IMG/VR virus record: IMGVR_UViG_3300045988_107814
Span: 96,001-160,000 of that record
Direction: 5' to 3' (one strand)
From: a virus
Length of the DNA: 64,000 nt
The notes under the pieces were generated by a model. That model did no database searches, was not told where the DNA came from, and saw nothing but the letters and a program-made list of their open reading frames with translations. The translations under genes and the position numbers were made by a program. Position 1 is the stretch's first letter. Each line of letters starts with the position of its first letter. Positions 29,613 to 37,187 of the stretch are shown one piece after another.

Positions 29613-30620
29613 TTAATTAGAGTTCATAGCTCTAACAAATGGTTCATCAACTTCAAGTAAAAACAGGTAGTTAAGAATGTTCTCTTCATCTACATTGAAA
29701 GTCTTGTCCAATACGTTAGCTAAGTTGTTATAGTCGCATTGTTTGTACACACGCCAACTTTTAACAAGAGATTCATAAGAGTTCTCGTATACTTTAGTGT
29801 AAGTTATAAGATCGCTAATACAAAGTCTCCTAAACATATCTTCTGACTCTGTTTTCTGGAATATTACTGGAGAATTATAACCATTCAGAAGTTGTCCCTT
29901 CGAAATCTTTTCTCGTATAATTGTAATAGTCCGTTTGAAATTATTAATCATTTCCATACCAAGTTCAGGACACTTGTGATATGCCATTATTACTGGTATT
30001 AGTCCAGGATTAATATCAGATGTTACTGTAGAACCTTTCCTAGGATACATTATATCTATTACATTATTAAATGTAATAAACTTTGTATTGGTACTTGGTC
30101 TAATAACAAATGACGATGGAATGAATGCTGGAATCTGATAAGAATATATACTATTTGATATAATTAGAGCAGAATGTCTAACTGGTAATGTTTCTGATTT
30201 AATCAAACTGAATATAACAGAAGCAGAGTTATATACATTTCTCTCTATAAAATATACCAATGGAAAATATGGTGATATCTTCTTCAGTATAATAAACATA
30301 TCTTCGTTCTTAGCATTTATATTTTCAAAAATATTATTGATACTAGATAACGTATTGACTATAAAGATTCTAGTGTTAACGTTATACCTAGACTTAAAAT
30401 AGTGCCTGTAATGAGCAGCTAGATTAAGTATATTTACCGATAATATTTTAACATCATTAACTAACAAAGTTTCAGCAAGAACGTTCTTATATATCGACTG
30501 TACGTCAATATAAATATCAACTGGAGTCTTTGTTAGGATATTAGATGATGGATTGTTTATTAGAAACTGATCAAGAATGTTATACTTGACAAATTTCTGA
30601 AACAATAAAGCTCTATTCAT
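29613..30620 (-). CDS. Hypothetical protein, 335 aa (weak FEN/T4 RNase H-like block order with the acidic residues replaced)
   Basis: ORF with an AGGTGA RBS. IDVQSIYKN, IFIVNT, ERNVYNSASVIFSLI and ALIISNSIYSYQI loosely parallel the four acidic clusters of 5' nucleases, but most Asp/Glu are N/S. This is a low-confidence resemblance. Confidence 0.8.
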   Translation of the reverse strand: MNRALLFQKFVKYNILDQFLINNPSSNILTKTPVDIYIDVQSIYKNVLAETLLVNDVKILSVNILNLAAHYRHYFKSRYNVNTRIFIVNTLSSINNIFENINAKNEDMFIILKKISPYFPLVYFIERNVYNSASVIFSLIKSETLPVRHSALIISNSIYSYQIPAFIPSSFVIRPSTNTKFITFNNVIDIMYPRKGSTVTSDINPGLIPVIMAYHKCPELGMEMINNFKRTITIIREKISKGQLLNGYNSPVIFQKTESEDMFRRLCISDLITYTKVYENSYESLVKSWRVYKQCDYNNLANVLDKTFNVDEENILNYLFLLEVDEPFVRAMNSN

Positions 30621-30976
30621 TAATCATCACCTACGCTGTTTATAAGTTTTTTCAATTTGGATTCGCATTTATCGCAAATACTTGGTATATCTGTAAATGG
30701 ATGTTGTCCATCTGAAAATACTATACACATTGTAGAATTGCAGAGTTTACACTTAGTATAAAATCTTGTATGAAACGGAATAGAAATAGGATATAGTTTT
30801 CTTATACATGTTTCGAACAAACATCTATCCTGTATAGTATCAGCATACTGACAATTCTTACAATCATCAGTATACTTTACAATATCAACACCATCCTCTT
30901 TATCATAATTTGGAGTAGCGTTGTTATACTTTTTTAATGTTGAATCAAATACACCTTTTGACATATCAATCTCCAA
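30620..30976 (-). CDS. Cys-rich (zinc-ribbon-like) small protein, 118 aa
   Basis: CxxC pairs: CKNCQ, CLFETC, CKLCNSTMC, CDKCESK. Translationally coupled to its neighbours (overlapping start and stop). Confidence 0.75.
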   Translation of the reverse strand: MEIDMSKGVFDSTLKKYNNATPNYDKEDGVDIVKYTDDCKNCQYADTIQDRCLFETCIRKLYPISIPFHTRFYTKCKLCNSTMCIVFSDGQHPFTDIPSICDKCESKLKKLINSVGDD

Positions 30977-31352
30977 TCAGAGCTTTAGGATCATAGAAAT
31001 CATCTTCAATAGTACCAGCATCTGCATCATATAATTCATCAGATTCTCCAAGTACAGAATTCAATGATTTTCTAAAATCTTCTCTATTTTGAAGAATACC
31101 TAGAACTTCTTTTGTATTACCATAACCCATATTGAGTAATGTTTTTGCAAGTTCAGACGGGCCTTCTTCTGTCATAAAAGTATAACCTTTATTGCAGGTT
31201 TCTGTTCCATCTGGATTAGAAATCCATTTACGAACTTCCAATCTTTCAGTAGGATTATCTCCCCATCTAATTTTTCTTACAGCACCAAAAAGGTTCTGTT
31301 TTTCTTCAAATGTAAAGTCAATATTCTCTACAACTGTATATGAGAATGCCAT
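30966..31352 (-). CDS. PC4/YdbC-like ssDNA-binding protein, 128 aa
   Basis: AVRKIRWGDNPTERLEVRKWISNPDGTETCNKGYTFMTEEGPSELAKTLLNMGY parallels the YdbC/PC4 pattern (..V.W.....K.DIR.W......GKGITL..EE...L...L). AAGGAGG RBS. Confidence 0.6.
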   Translation of the reverse strand: MAFSYTVVENIDFTFEEKQNLFGAVRKIRWGDNPTERLEVRKWISNPDGTETCNKGYTFMTEEGPSELAKTLLNMGYGNTKEVLGILQNREDFRKSLNSVLGESDELYDADAGTIEDDFYDPKALIGD

Positions 31353-31378
31353 TTTATATCCTCCTTAAATATAAAAAA

Positions 31379-31407
31379 GACACATGCGGGAAAATCCCAC
31401 ATGTGTC
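31379..31407 (-). terminator. Rho-independent terminator (minus strand) after the 284-aa gene
   Basis: GACACATGTGGG-atttt-CCCGCATGTGTC (one C-A mismatch) followed by ttttttatattt on the minus strand. Confidence 0.7.
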
Positions 31408-31449
31408 CTTTATGTGTGTGCATGTCGTTTGTTTAATTACATATTTCTA

Positions 31450-32304
31450 TTACTGCTGGAACACTGCTCCAAGCTGGCTAGAAATACGACGCTTGTTGGC
31501 TACATTAATCTGTTCGATCTTGATAACAGAATTTGAACCAGTAGCATTAAATGCAGCCGGTACGAGATTGTACTCATACTTGTTCTTCTTGTCCTTACCT
31601 GCCAGCATAGCTAATACAGCCTTTGCATCAAGGTATACATCACCAATGATATTGGTAAATGTTACATTTGTCCAAGAGGTACCTGTCTGAGTAGTGATGA
31701 TATAATTGTTACCATTCACCCACTTATGCTTCGGATTATCCTGAGAGAAGTACAGAAGCTTAGTCAGGAGTTCCTTAGCAGATTTTGTGATCTTTGCATA
31801 CTTGGTTGCATCATATGCATTCATATTCTGCAACTGTACCATATTGATCAAGTTTGTAGCGATAGAATTCTTCGATACAATTTCCTCTGGATCAACAGTT
31901 GACGTGATGCAACGAACAAGATTAGTTTCGCTATTAGACAGCTTATCCTTAAACTGCTGTTCGGTCATATACTTAAACGAGCAGACGAATACGAAGCCGC
32001 CTCTGGAAAGATCCATTGTCAGTCTTACAGAGAAGATATCTGCAAAGATCTGATTCAAAATACCGAACACTGCGTTCTGAAGCTCAGACTGCTCCTTGAA
32101 GTAAACGATGCTATACGGCTCGGTGAGAATAGCATCTTCATCGGTTACTGCGATATCTTTGTAATCAGTGTCATTATCTTCCTTGTCCCCTTCGACCTGG
32201 ATAGAATGATTGTGAATCAAAGAATCATTGATTGCTTTCATTTTTGCCAGCAAATCTTCCTGAGAATCGATGGCGAGGTTGGCGTTTGCGTTGAAATTAC
32301 TCAT
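31450..32304 (-). CDS. Hypothetical protein, 284 aa, with atypical C/G-ending codon usage (cassette C)
   Basis: AAGGAGG RBS, its own promoter-like box and its own terminator. Visibly richer in CTG/ATC/GAC/TTC/AAC codons than its neighbours. Confidence 0.85.
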   Translation of the reverse strand: MSNFNANANLAIDSQEDLLAKMKAINDSLIHNHSIQVEGDKEDNDTDYKDIAVTDEDAILTEPYSIVYFKEQSELQNAVFGILNQIFADIFSVRLTMDLSRGGFVFVCSFKYMTEQQFKDKLSNSETNLVRCITSTVDPEEIVSKNSIATNLINMVQLQNMNAYDATKYAKITKSAKELLTKLLYFSQDNPKHKWVNGNNYIITTQTGTSWTNVTFTNIIGDVYLDAKAVLAMLAGKDKKNKYEYNLVPAAFNATGSNSVIKIEQINVANKRRISSQLGAVFQQ

Positions 32305-32331
32305 TTGTAATTTCCTCCTTTAAAATAATAT

Positions 32332-32373
32332 TTGATAACAGATTTCTTCTGTTTATCGCTATAATTATATATA
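32332..32373 (-). promoter_or_regulatory. Phage promoter-like box with a 5' hairpin, copy C
   Basis: Minus strand reads TATATATAATTATAGCGATAAACAGA-agaaa-TCTGTTATCAA (hairpin 32337-32353), then directly the SD of the 284-aa gene. Confidence 0.45.
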
Positions 32374-32386
32374 ACTATTAGATCAT

Positions 32387-33232
32387 TTACTTGAGCATAA
32401 AGTTAACCAAGTCAATATGATCCTCTAGATTTTGACGAGTTTTGATAGAATCCCTGAACTCGTCTATTACATACAGAATAAGATAATACTTATCTACATT
32501 ATGATCATATGCAATATAATGTTTCATATTTACTTTTTCCAAATCAATGCTTGGGTCGAGTTCATATACATCATAGCATCTAATGCTGGTATTAAGAATC
32601 TCTTCTGTATCATCTAAAACAACATCTGGGATTTTTGCTTTACCATCAGCAACATCACTAAGATTTACGATATTACTGAATTGTTCGTAGTCTATTACTT
32701 CATTGTTATTTACTTCATGAATGAAATATTTATACCATATATAATCAATGTCTTTTTCATTAAAGTTAGAAATCTTATTTAGATTTATAATATGTTTCAT
32801 CATATTCTTAAAAACAGATTTCTTATTATACTTATAGATATTGAATCCAAAGAAATTTGTTACATTATGACTATCTTTATAATAGTTGTTTATATAATAA
32901 TTGCAGATAACAAATTTCTTGTTATTTTTATCATTATTAATCCATTTATAGCCAGATGATTCGTATAAAATTTCCCAATCATAAGAAGGTACTTTTAAAA
33001 AAGAATAATTATCTTTAAGAGAATACTGAATCAAAATATCTTGTCTGTATCCAATCATAAGGGTGTATTTATCATTAAGAACAGACTCAGTAATTGTTTC
33101 AGTTTCAAAAGATTCTTCATCCATGAATATTCCAGAATCTTCATTTTTCTTAACAAGATACTTTATTCTAAATTCATCTTCAGATATAAAAGTATAGAAC
33201 TTTGTTCCGAGTTCAAATTTACTAATTTTCAT
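32387..33232 (-). CDS. Hypothetical protein, 281 aa
   Basis: ORF with an AAGGAG RBS. Confidence 0.85.
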   Translation of the reverse strand: MKISKFELGTKFYTFISEDEFRIKYLVKKNEDSGIFMDEESFETETITESVLNDKYTLMIGYRQDILIQYSLKDNYSFLKVPSYDWEILYESSGYKWINNDKNNKKFVICNYYINNYYKDSHNVTNFFGFNIYKYNKKSVFKNMMKHIINLNKISNFNEKDIDYIWYKYFIHEVNNNEVIDYEQFSNIVNLSDVADGKAKIPDVVLDDTEEILNTSIRCYDVYELDPSIDLEKVNMKHYIAYDHNVDKYYLILYVIDEFRDSIKTRQNLEDHIDLVNFMLK

Positions 33233-33246
33233 AACTCCAAATCTCC

Positions 33247-33798
33247 TTATTTGTTATAATGATAACCATTATATCTATCAGTTCTTGTAAAAGACTTTGA
33301 TGTTGTTGGTCCTTCTTGATTCTGATATCTACCATGATATAAGAAATCAACTTCTCCGTCAGGCTTTTCAAAATATACCTGTGCAACCTCGAAATTAGGA
33401 TATACAATTAACGGTACAACTACAGTAATCTCAAGTGTATATTTACCAGAAAATCCAATGTCACCAAATCCAGCTGTTAAATGTACTTGCATTCCTAATC
33501 TACCAATAGAACTTCTACCATCAATAGCAGAAATAAACTTATCAGAAGATACAGTTTCTTTAATAGATCCAATATACAAAGTATTAGGATATAAAGTTAG
33601 GCCAGATTCAGGGATAATCTTTTTTGTATATCTATTATCCTTCTTCTTCATATCTAATACAATATGCTTATCATATTGAATAATCTCATCGGCTAGATGT
33701 ACATTGTATGAATTGGGGTTTAGACAGTTGATATCGAATGGGTCAATGCCAATATTACCAAGTTTAATTTGCTTCAAAATTTCATTTGCAGTGAGCAT
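33247..33798 (-). CDS. dcd: dCTP deaminase (dUTPase-superfamily), 183 aa
   Basis: ILKQIKLGNIGIDPF...NPNSYNVHL...DGRSSIGRLGMQVHLTAGFGDIGFSGKYTLEI...AQVYF matches Dcd motifs. AAGGAGG sits 9 nt before the ATG at 33798, and the upstream ATG at 33825 lies upstream of the predicted transcription start. Confidence 0.8.
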   Translation of the reverse strand: MLTANEILKQIKLGNIGIDPFDINCLNPNSYNVHLADEIIQYDKHIVLDMKKKDNRYTKKIIPESGLTLYPNTLYIGSIKETVSSDKFISAIDGRSSIGRLGMQVHLTAGFGDIGFSGKYTLEITVVVPLIVYPNFEVAQVYFEKPDGEVDFLYHGRYQNQEGPTTSKSFTRTDRYNGYHYNK

Positions 33799-33829
33799 AA
33801 CTCTCAGCCTCCTTAATACGTTCATTTAT

Positions 33830-33859
33830 ATTATAGTTTGAAAAAGTGTATTTTGTAAA
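33830..33859 (-). promoter_or_regulatory. Sigma-70-like promoter (minus strand) upstream of dcd
   Basis: Minus strand reads TTTACA (33859-33854), an 18-nt spacer, then TATAAT (33835-33830). Confidence 0.45.
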
Positions 33860-33862
33860 AAT

Positions 33863-33890
33863 TAACCAGAGAGATAATACTCTCTGGTTA
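33863..33890 (-). terminator. Rho-independent terminator (minus strand) after the 1038-aa gene
   Basis: TAACCAGAGAG-tattat-CTCTCTGGTTA (11-bp stem) followed by atttttac. Confidence 0.7.
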
Positions 33891-33894
33891 AAAT

Positions 33895-36800
33895 TTATAG
33901 CAATCCTTTAATAGCTTTCATAGTATACTTTAATGTATTAGAAGTTATCTTAATAGAACTGTCAGAAAATGGTGTAGAATTATAGTAATCTGAGAAGTTA
34001 AATCCTTTTTCAGCTTTCATTACAAAATCTAAATTAAGTTTAAATACATTTAAGCAAACAGCTCTAGTATCTATTAAATCTTTATATTGTTCATTCTTTA
34101 AACGTTTCTTAAGTTCCTTTTCAATACAATCATTAATATACCATAATTTAGCAAGTTCATATTTAATACCTTCTATATTAGATTGATTTCTGTATGTTTC
34201 TAATAACTGTACTGAATCATCAATTTCATCCCCATATGATAATGATCCTGTACGAGCTTTATAAATAATAAGATTACCATCTTTATCAAACTCTATTGGA
34301 AATTGTTTTACTTCATTAAGAATAGAAGCTGATTCTTTTATTGATTTTGGAAATCTTACAACGCCAAAATATTTTTTACATTTTTTATTCGTGCATCTAT
34401 AAATTGGTTCACCCTCAAAAAATATGCCAACATCGGATCCACATTCTGTACATTTTTTAGGAACGTTTTGTCCTTTATCATTAACAAAAGATGCTTCATT
34501 TTGTACTTCTTTTTTCTTATTACTATGATCTTTAATCTTATGGAACCAGTGCCATTTATAATCATATTTGATAATGGTTTTCTTTTTATTATTAGCAAAC
34601 TTTCTTACATGTTCACCATTAACTTTATCTACTACAATACTACCTACATATTTTAATTGTACTGGTTCAAGAATCCACATTTCATTTGTAATATTTGCAT
34701 CGAAGATATCACCATCTTTGATAATTTGTTTATTAGATTTACATTTATAAGAACTGATAGGTTTTTCTGGTGTATATACATATAAAGTTTTACCAGCTAA
34801 CTTTAATCTACCAGTATCATTAATTATAGCATTTAAACATCCTTCTATAGAATTTGAGAAGCATACTCTAGGAGTTTTATATTCTTCAAAACCAAATCCA
34901 GAAGAGTCTTTTGCTAATTTTAGTTTCTCTAATGCTTGAATAAAGTTCTTGTCTTTCTTTAATTCATTAGTAATCCATGTAGGGACTCTTGGTTTTAAAG
35001 GTCCATGTTCATCTAAATCGGAGTCAAAAGAAATATGATAGAATCTCTTTTTAGAATACGGATTAACGCCATTCTTTATATCATTAAGATTCATACCAGT
35101 AATAGACTCTTCGATACTTTCTATACCAGTCTTTAATAAAGAATTAATCTTTTTCTTTGTCTTTTTACCATCGTACTTTGTAGCAACATCATTAAATACT
35201 TCAATGATCTTATTTGGAATTGCTTTAGCATGATCATATAATTGACCAGGATCAGGAATTTCAATATCTCCAACAAGATTGATATTTCCAGATTTCAATA
35301 CTGTATCTACAAAAGTAGAGCATACTTGATGGTATTCGTTTTTACTTACCTTATGATCAATCTTTAAAATCTTATTAAAGAAGATTCTTAGATCGAATGT
35401 AGTTTTATTATTTTCAAAATCTTTAACTTTATCTTTTAATTGTTTCACTATTTTAGTAGGAGCAAAGAAAGCCATTACAGAAATTATATTATCTTTGAAA
35501 GAGTCTAAATTTTCTTTAATAAATCCTGCTTTTTCTCTTATATTAAAACTATACACTTCTTTTAATTCTGGATCAAAAGAAATACTAGCATGAGAATAAG
35601 AGCTTCCAGTTACTAGTTTAATACCTTGAGAAACAATAGGTGTGTGTCCTTGTGTAAAGATTAATAATACTGGTTTATGTGTACTTTTATTTGCAGCTTC
35701 ACTTAACAATTCGTCATCATCACTTTCTGGAATATTATCTAGATTTATAAATATGTCTTTTGGAATTGTCTTGTCTAATATATCAGATACTCGTTTAGAT
35801 GCTTTTAGTCTATTCTTTCTATTAAATGGTATCTCTGGGTTCCATCCTAGATTTAGGATGGATTGTTTTCTTGCAAGGATCTTGTCTTCATTCCCAGACG
35901 ATTTAATATCTTCAAAATCAGAATATAATAAATCTAATGTATCTATCCAATCATTTCTATAATCTTCAAAAATATGATCCATGCTCATATCTTTATACGA
36001 TGCAAACCATGTAGGAATTTTTATATTTGTAATTAATCCATCATTATCTGCATCTTTACAATAAAAATTATGGTTACCATGAACCCCCATATCTATCATT
36101 TCAGAAGGAGTAAAGTATGGACAGTCGTTAAATCTTCTATGTTGTTTAGATTTAGTTGATTCTGCTTCATTTACAACTTTCATATTATTGTACACTTGAG
36201 AAACGAATTCTCCTAAAGTTTGTACAACAGAAGAAGTTTCTAATCCATCTTCTACTGGTGAAACAGATTTCTTTGTTTTAACAGTCATGGCATCCAATAA
36301 TTTCTTTTTAATATAATTATATCTATCTATGTTATTCATACCATATATAGCCATAGATTCATCATCAGATTGAACTTTATGATCATGAGATTGACCATTG
36401 TATTTGATAAATTGTTGTTCTAGGTCTTTTAATTTTTCTTCGTTTGTAATACCTTTAATACTACTGATAATAAATATATTTGAATCTATTTGAAATTGAT
36501 CAGCTATAGTATTCTTTTTAATATCATAGACAAGTTTACAGAATAAATCATCGTCATATAAATGAATTTTATTACAATCAGTTTCTGTATTAACAGGAAT
36601 CTCTGTTTCCTCATGTACTGTATCAGTTATATCATTCTCATTATCTGGAATGTCTTCATTGTCAGTATCTAATCCAATAAGATTATCAAATTCATCATCA
36701 TTAAAATTATCCTCATCTTCTTCGGGATCATAATAAACTGACTCATTATCATCTTCTTCAGAGTCTCCATATTTAGAATCTATATCAGACATAAGCTTAT

Positions 36801-37011
36801 CTCTAAGAGATTCATAATGCTCTTGATTTGTCATGTTCCAAATTTCTATAGATCTATCGTCACTTAATCTTTGTTGTCTCCTAGTCATTTGTGTCTCAAA
36901 TAATTCCCATTGACGTTGGAGTTCTTCTAGGTCATCTGTATCTTTGATAATGATATAGTTAGTATCTCGCATAAATTTATTAGCAAGAATGTTTTTATAA
37001 TTCTCTAACAT
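33895..37011 (-). CDS. Large multidomain protein (1038 aa from the ATG at 37011) with a permuted papain-like (YiiX/C92-type) domain and a C-terminal zinc ribbon
   Basis: LLIFTQGHTPIVSQGIKLVTGSSYSHASISF ... YHQVCSTFVDTVL shows the His-then-Cys order typical of permuted NlpC/P60 amidases. KKCTECGSD...YRCTNKKCKKYFG is the zinc ribbon. AGGAGAGGAG precedes the ATG at 37011; the track start at 37029 is less likely. Confidence 0.8.
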   Translation of the reverse strand: MLENYKNILANKFMRDTNYIIIKDTDDLEELQRQWELFETQMTRRQQRLSDDRSIEIWNMTNQEHYESLRDKLMSDIDSKYGDSEEDDNESVYYDPEEDEDNFNDDEFDNLIGLDTDNEDIPDNENDITDTVHEETEIPVNTETDCNKIHLYDDDLFCKLVYDIKKNTIADQFQIDSNIFIISSIKGITNEEKLKDLEQQFIKYNGQSHDHKVQSDDESMAIYGMNNIDRYNYIKKKLLDAMTVKTKKSVSPVEDGLETSSVVQTLGEFVSQVYNNMKVVNEAESTKSKQHRRFNDCPYFTPSEMIDMGVHGNHNFYCKDADNDGLITNIKIPTWFASYKDMSMDHIFEDYRNDWIDTLDLLYSDFEDIKSSGNEDKILARKQSILNLGWNPEIPFNRKNRLKASKRVSDILDKTIPKDIFINLDNIPESDDDELLSEAANKSTHKPVLLIFTQGHTPIVSQGIKLVTGSSYSHASISFDPELKEVYSFNIREKAGFIKENLDSFKDNIISVMAFFAPTKIVKQLKDKVKDFENNKTTFDLRIFFNKILKIDHKVSKNEYHQVCSTFVDTVLKSGNINLVGDIEIPDPGQLYDHAKAIPNKIIEVFNDVATKYDGKKTKKKINSLLKTGIESIEESITGMNLNDIKNGVNPYSKKRFYHISFDSDLDEHGPLKPRVPTWITNELKKDKNFIQALEKLKLAKDSSGFGFEEYKTPRVCFSNSIEGCLNAIINDTGRLKLAGKTLYVYTPEKPISSYKCKSNKQIIKDGDIFDANITNEMWILEPVQLKYVGSIVVDKVNGEHVRKFANNKKKTIIKYDYKWHWFHKIKDHSNKKKEVQNEASFVNDKGQNVPKKCTECGSDVGIFFEGEPIYRCTNKKCKKYFGVVRFPKSIKESASILNEVKQFPIEFDKDGNLIIYKARTGSLSYGDEIDDSVQLLETYRNQSNIEGIKYELAKLWYINDCIEKELKKRLKNEQYKDLIDTRAVCLNVFKLNLDFVMKAEKGFNFSDYYNSTPFSDSSIKITSNTLKYTMKAIKGLL

Positions 37012-37064
37012 AAACTCCTCTCCTTTCATAGAATATTATTATAAAGTTCAAATAGCAAAAATTT

Positions 37065-37089
37065 GTCCACATCCATTACAGATGTGGAC
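37065..37089 (-). terminator. Hairpin / terminator (minus strand) downstream of thyX
   Basis: GTCCACATC-tgtaatg-GATGTGGAC (9 bp) followed by aaatttttgc on the minus strand. Confidence 0.5.
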
Positions 37090-37137
37090 GGAGACTTTCT
37101 TATTACTTTACGGAGTTTGAAATTAGTAATGAACAAC

Positions 37138-37176
37138 AAAGGTGTAATCAACACCCATATACACCTTTACTATATA
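37138..37176 (-). promoter_or_regulatory. TATATAGT box plus 5' hairpin (minus strand), a possible start of a short transcript
   Basis: Minus strand reads CTATATAGT then AAAGGTGT-15 nt-ACACCTTT (37168-37161 / 37145-37138). The architecture matches the other promoter-like boxes. Confidence 0.3.
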
Positions 37177-37187
37177 GTTGCTTCAAT

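Noticed and set aside
31340-31690. Track ORFs on the strand opposite real genes: 31340-31690(+), 48839-49222(-), 43049-43246(-), 43257-43487(-), 5394-5774(-), 3738-4010(-), the 50.4-52.2 kb plus-strand set, and similar.
   Set aside because: These are shadow frames of long genes or of S/T/G-rich linkers. They lack an SD, and each overlaps a much longer ORF that has an RBS and recognisable motifs.
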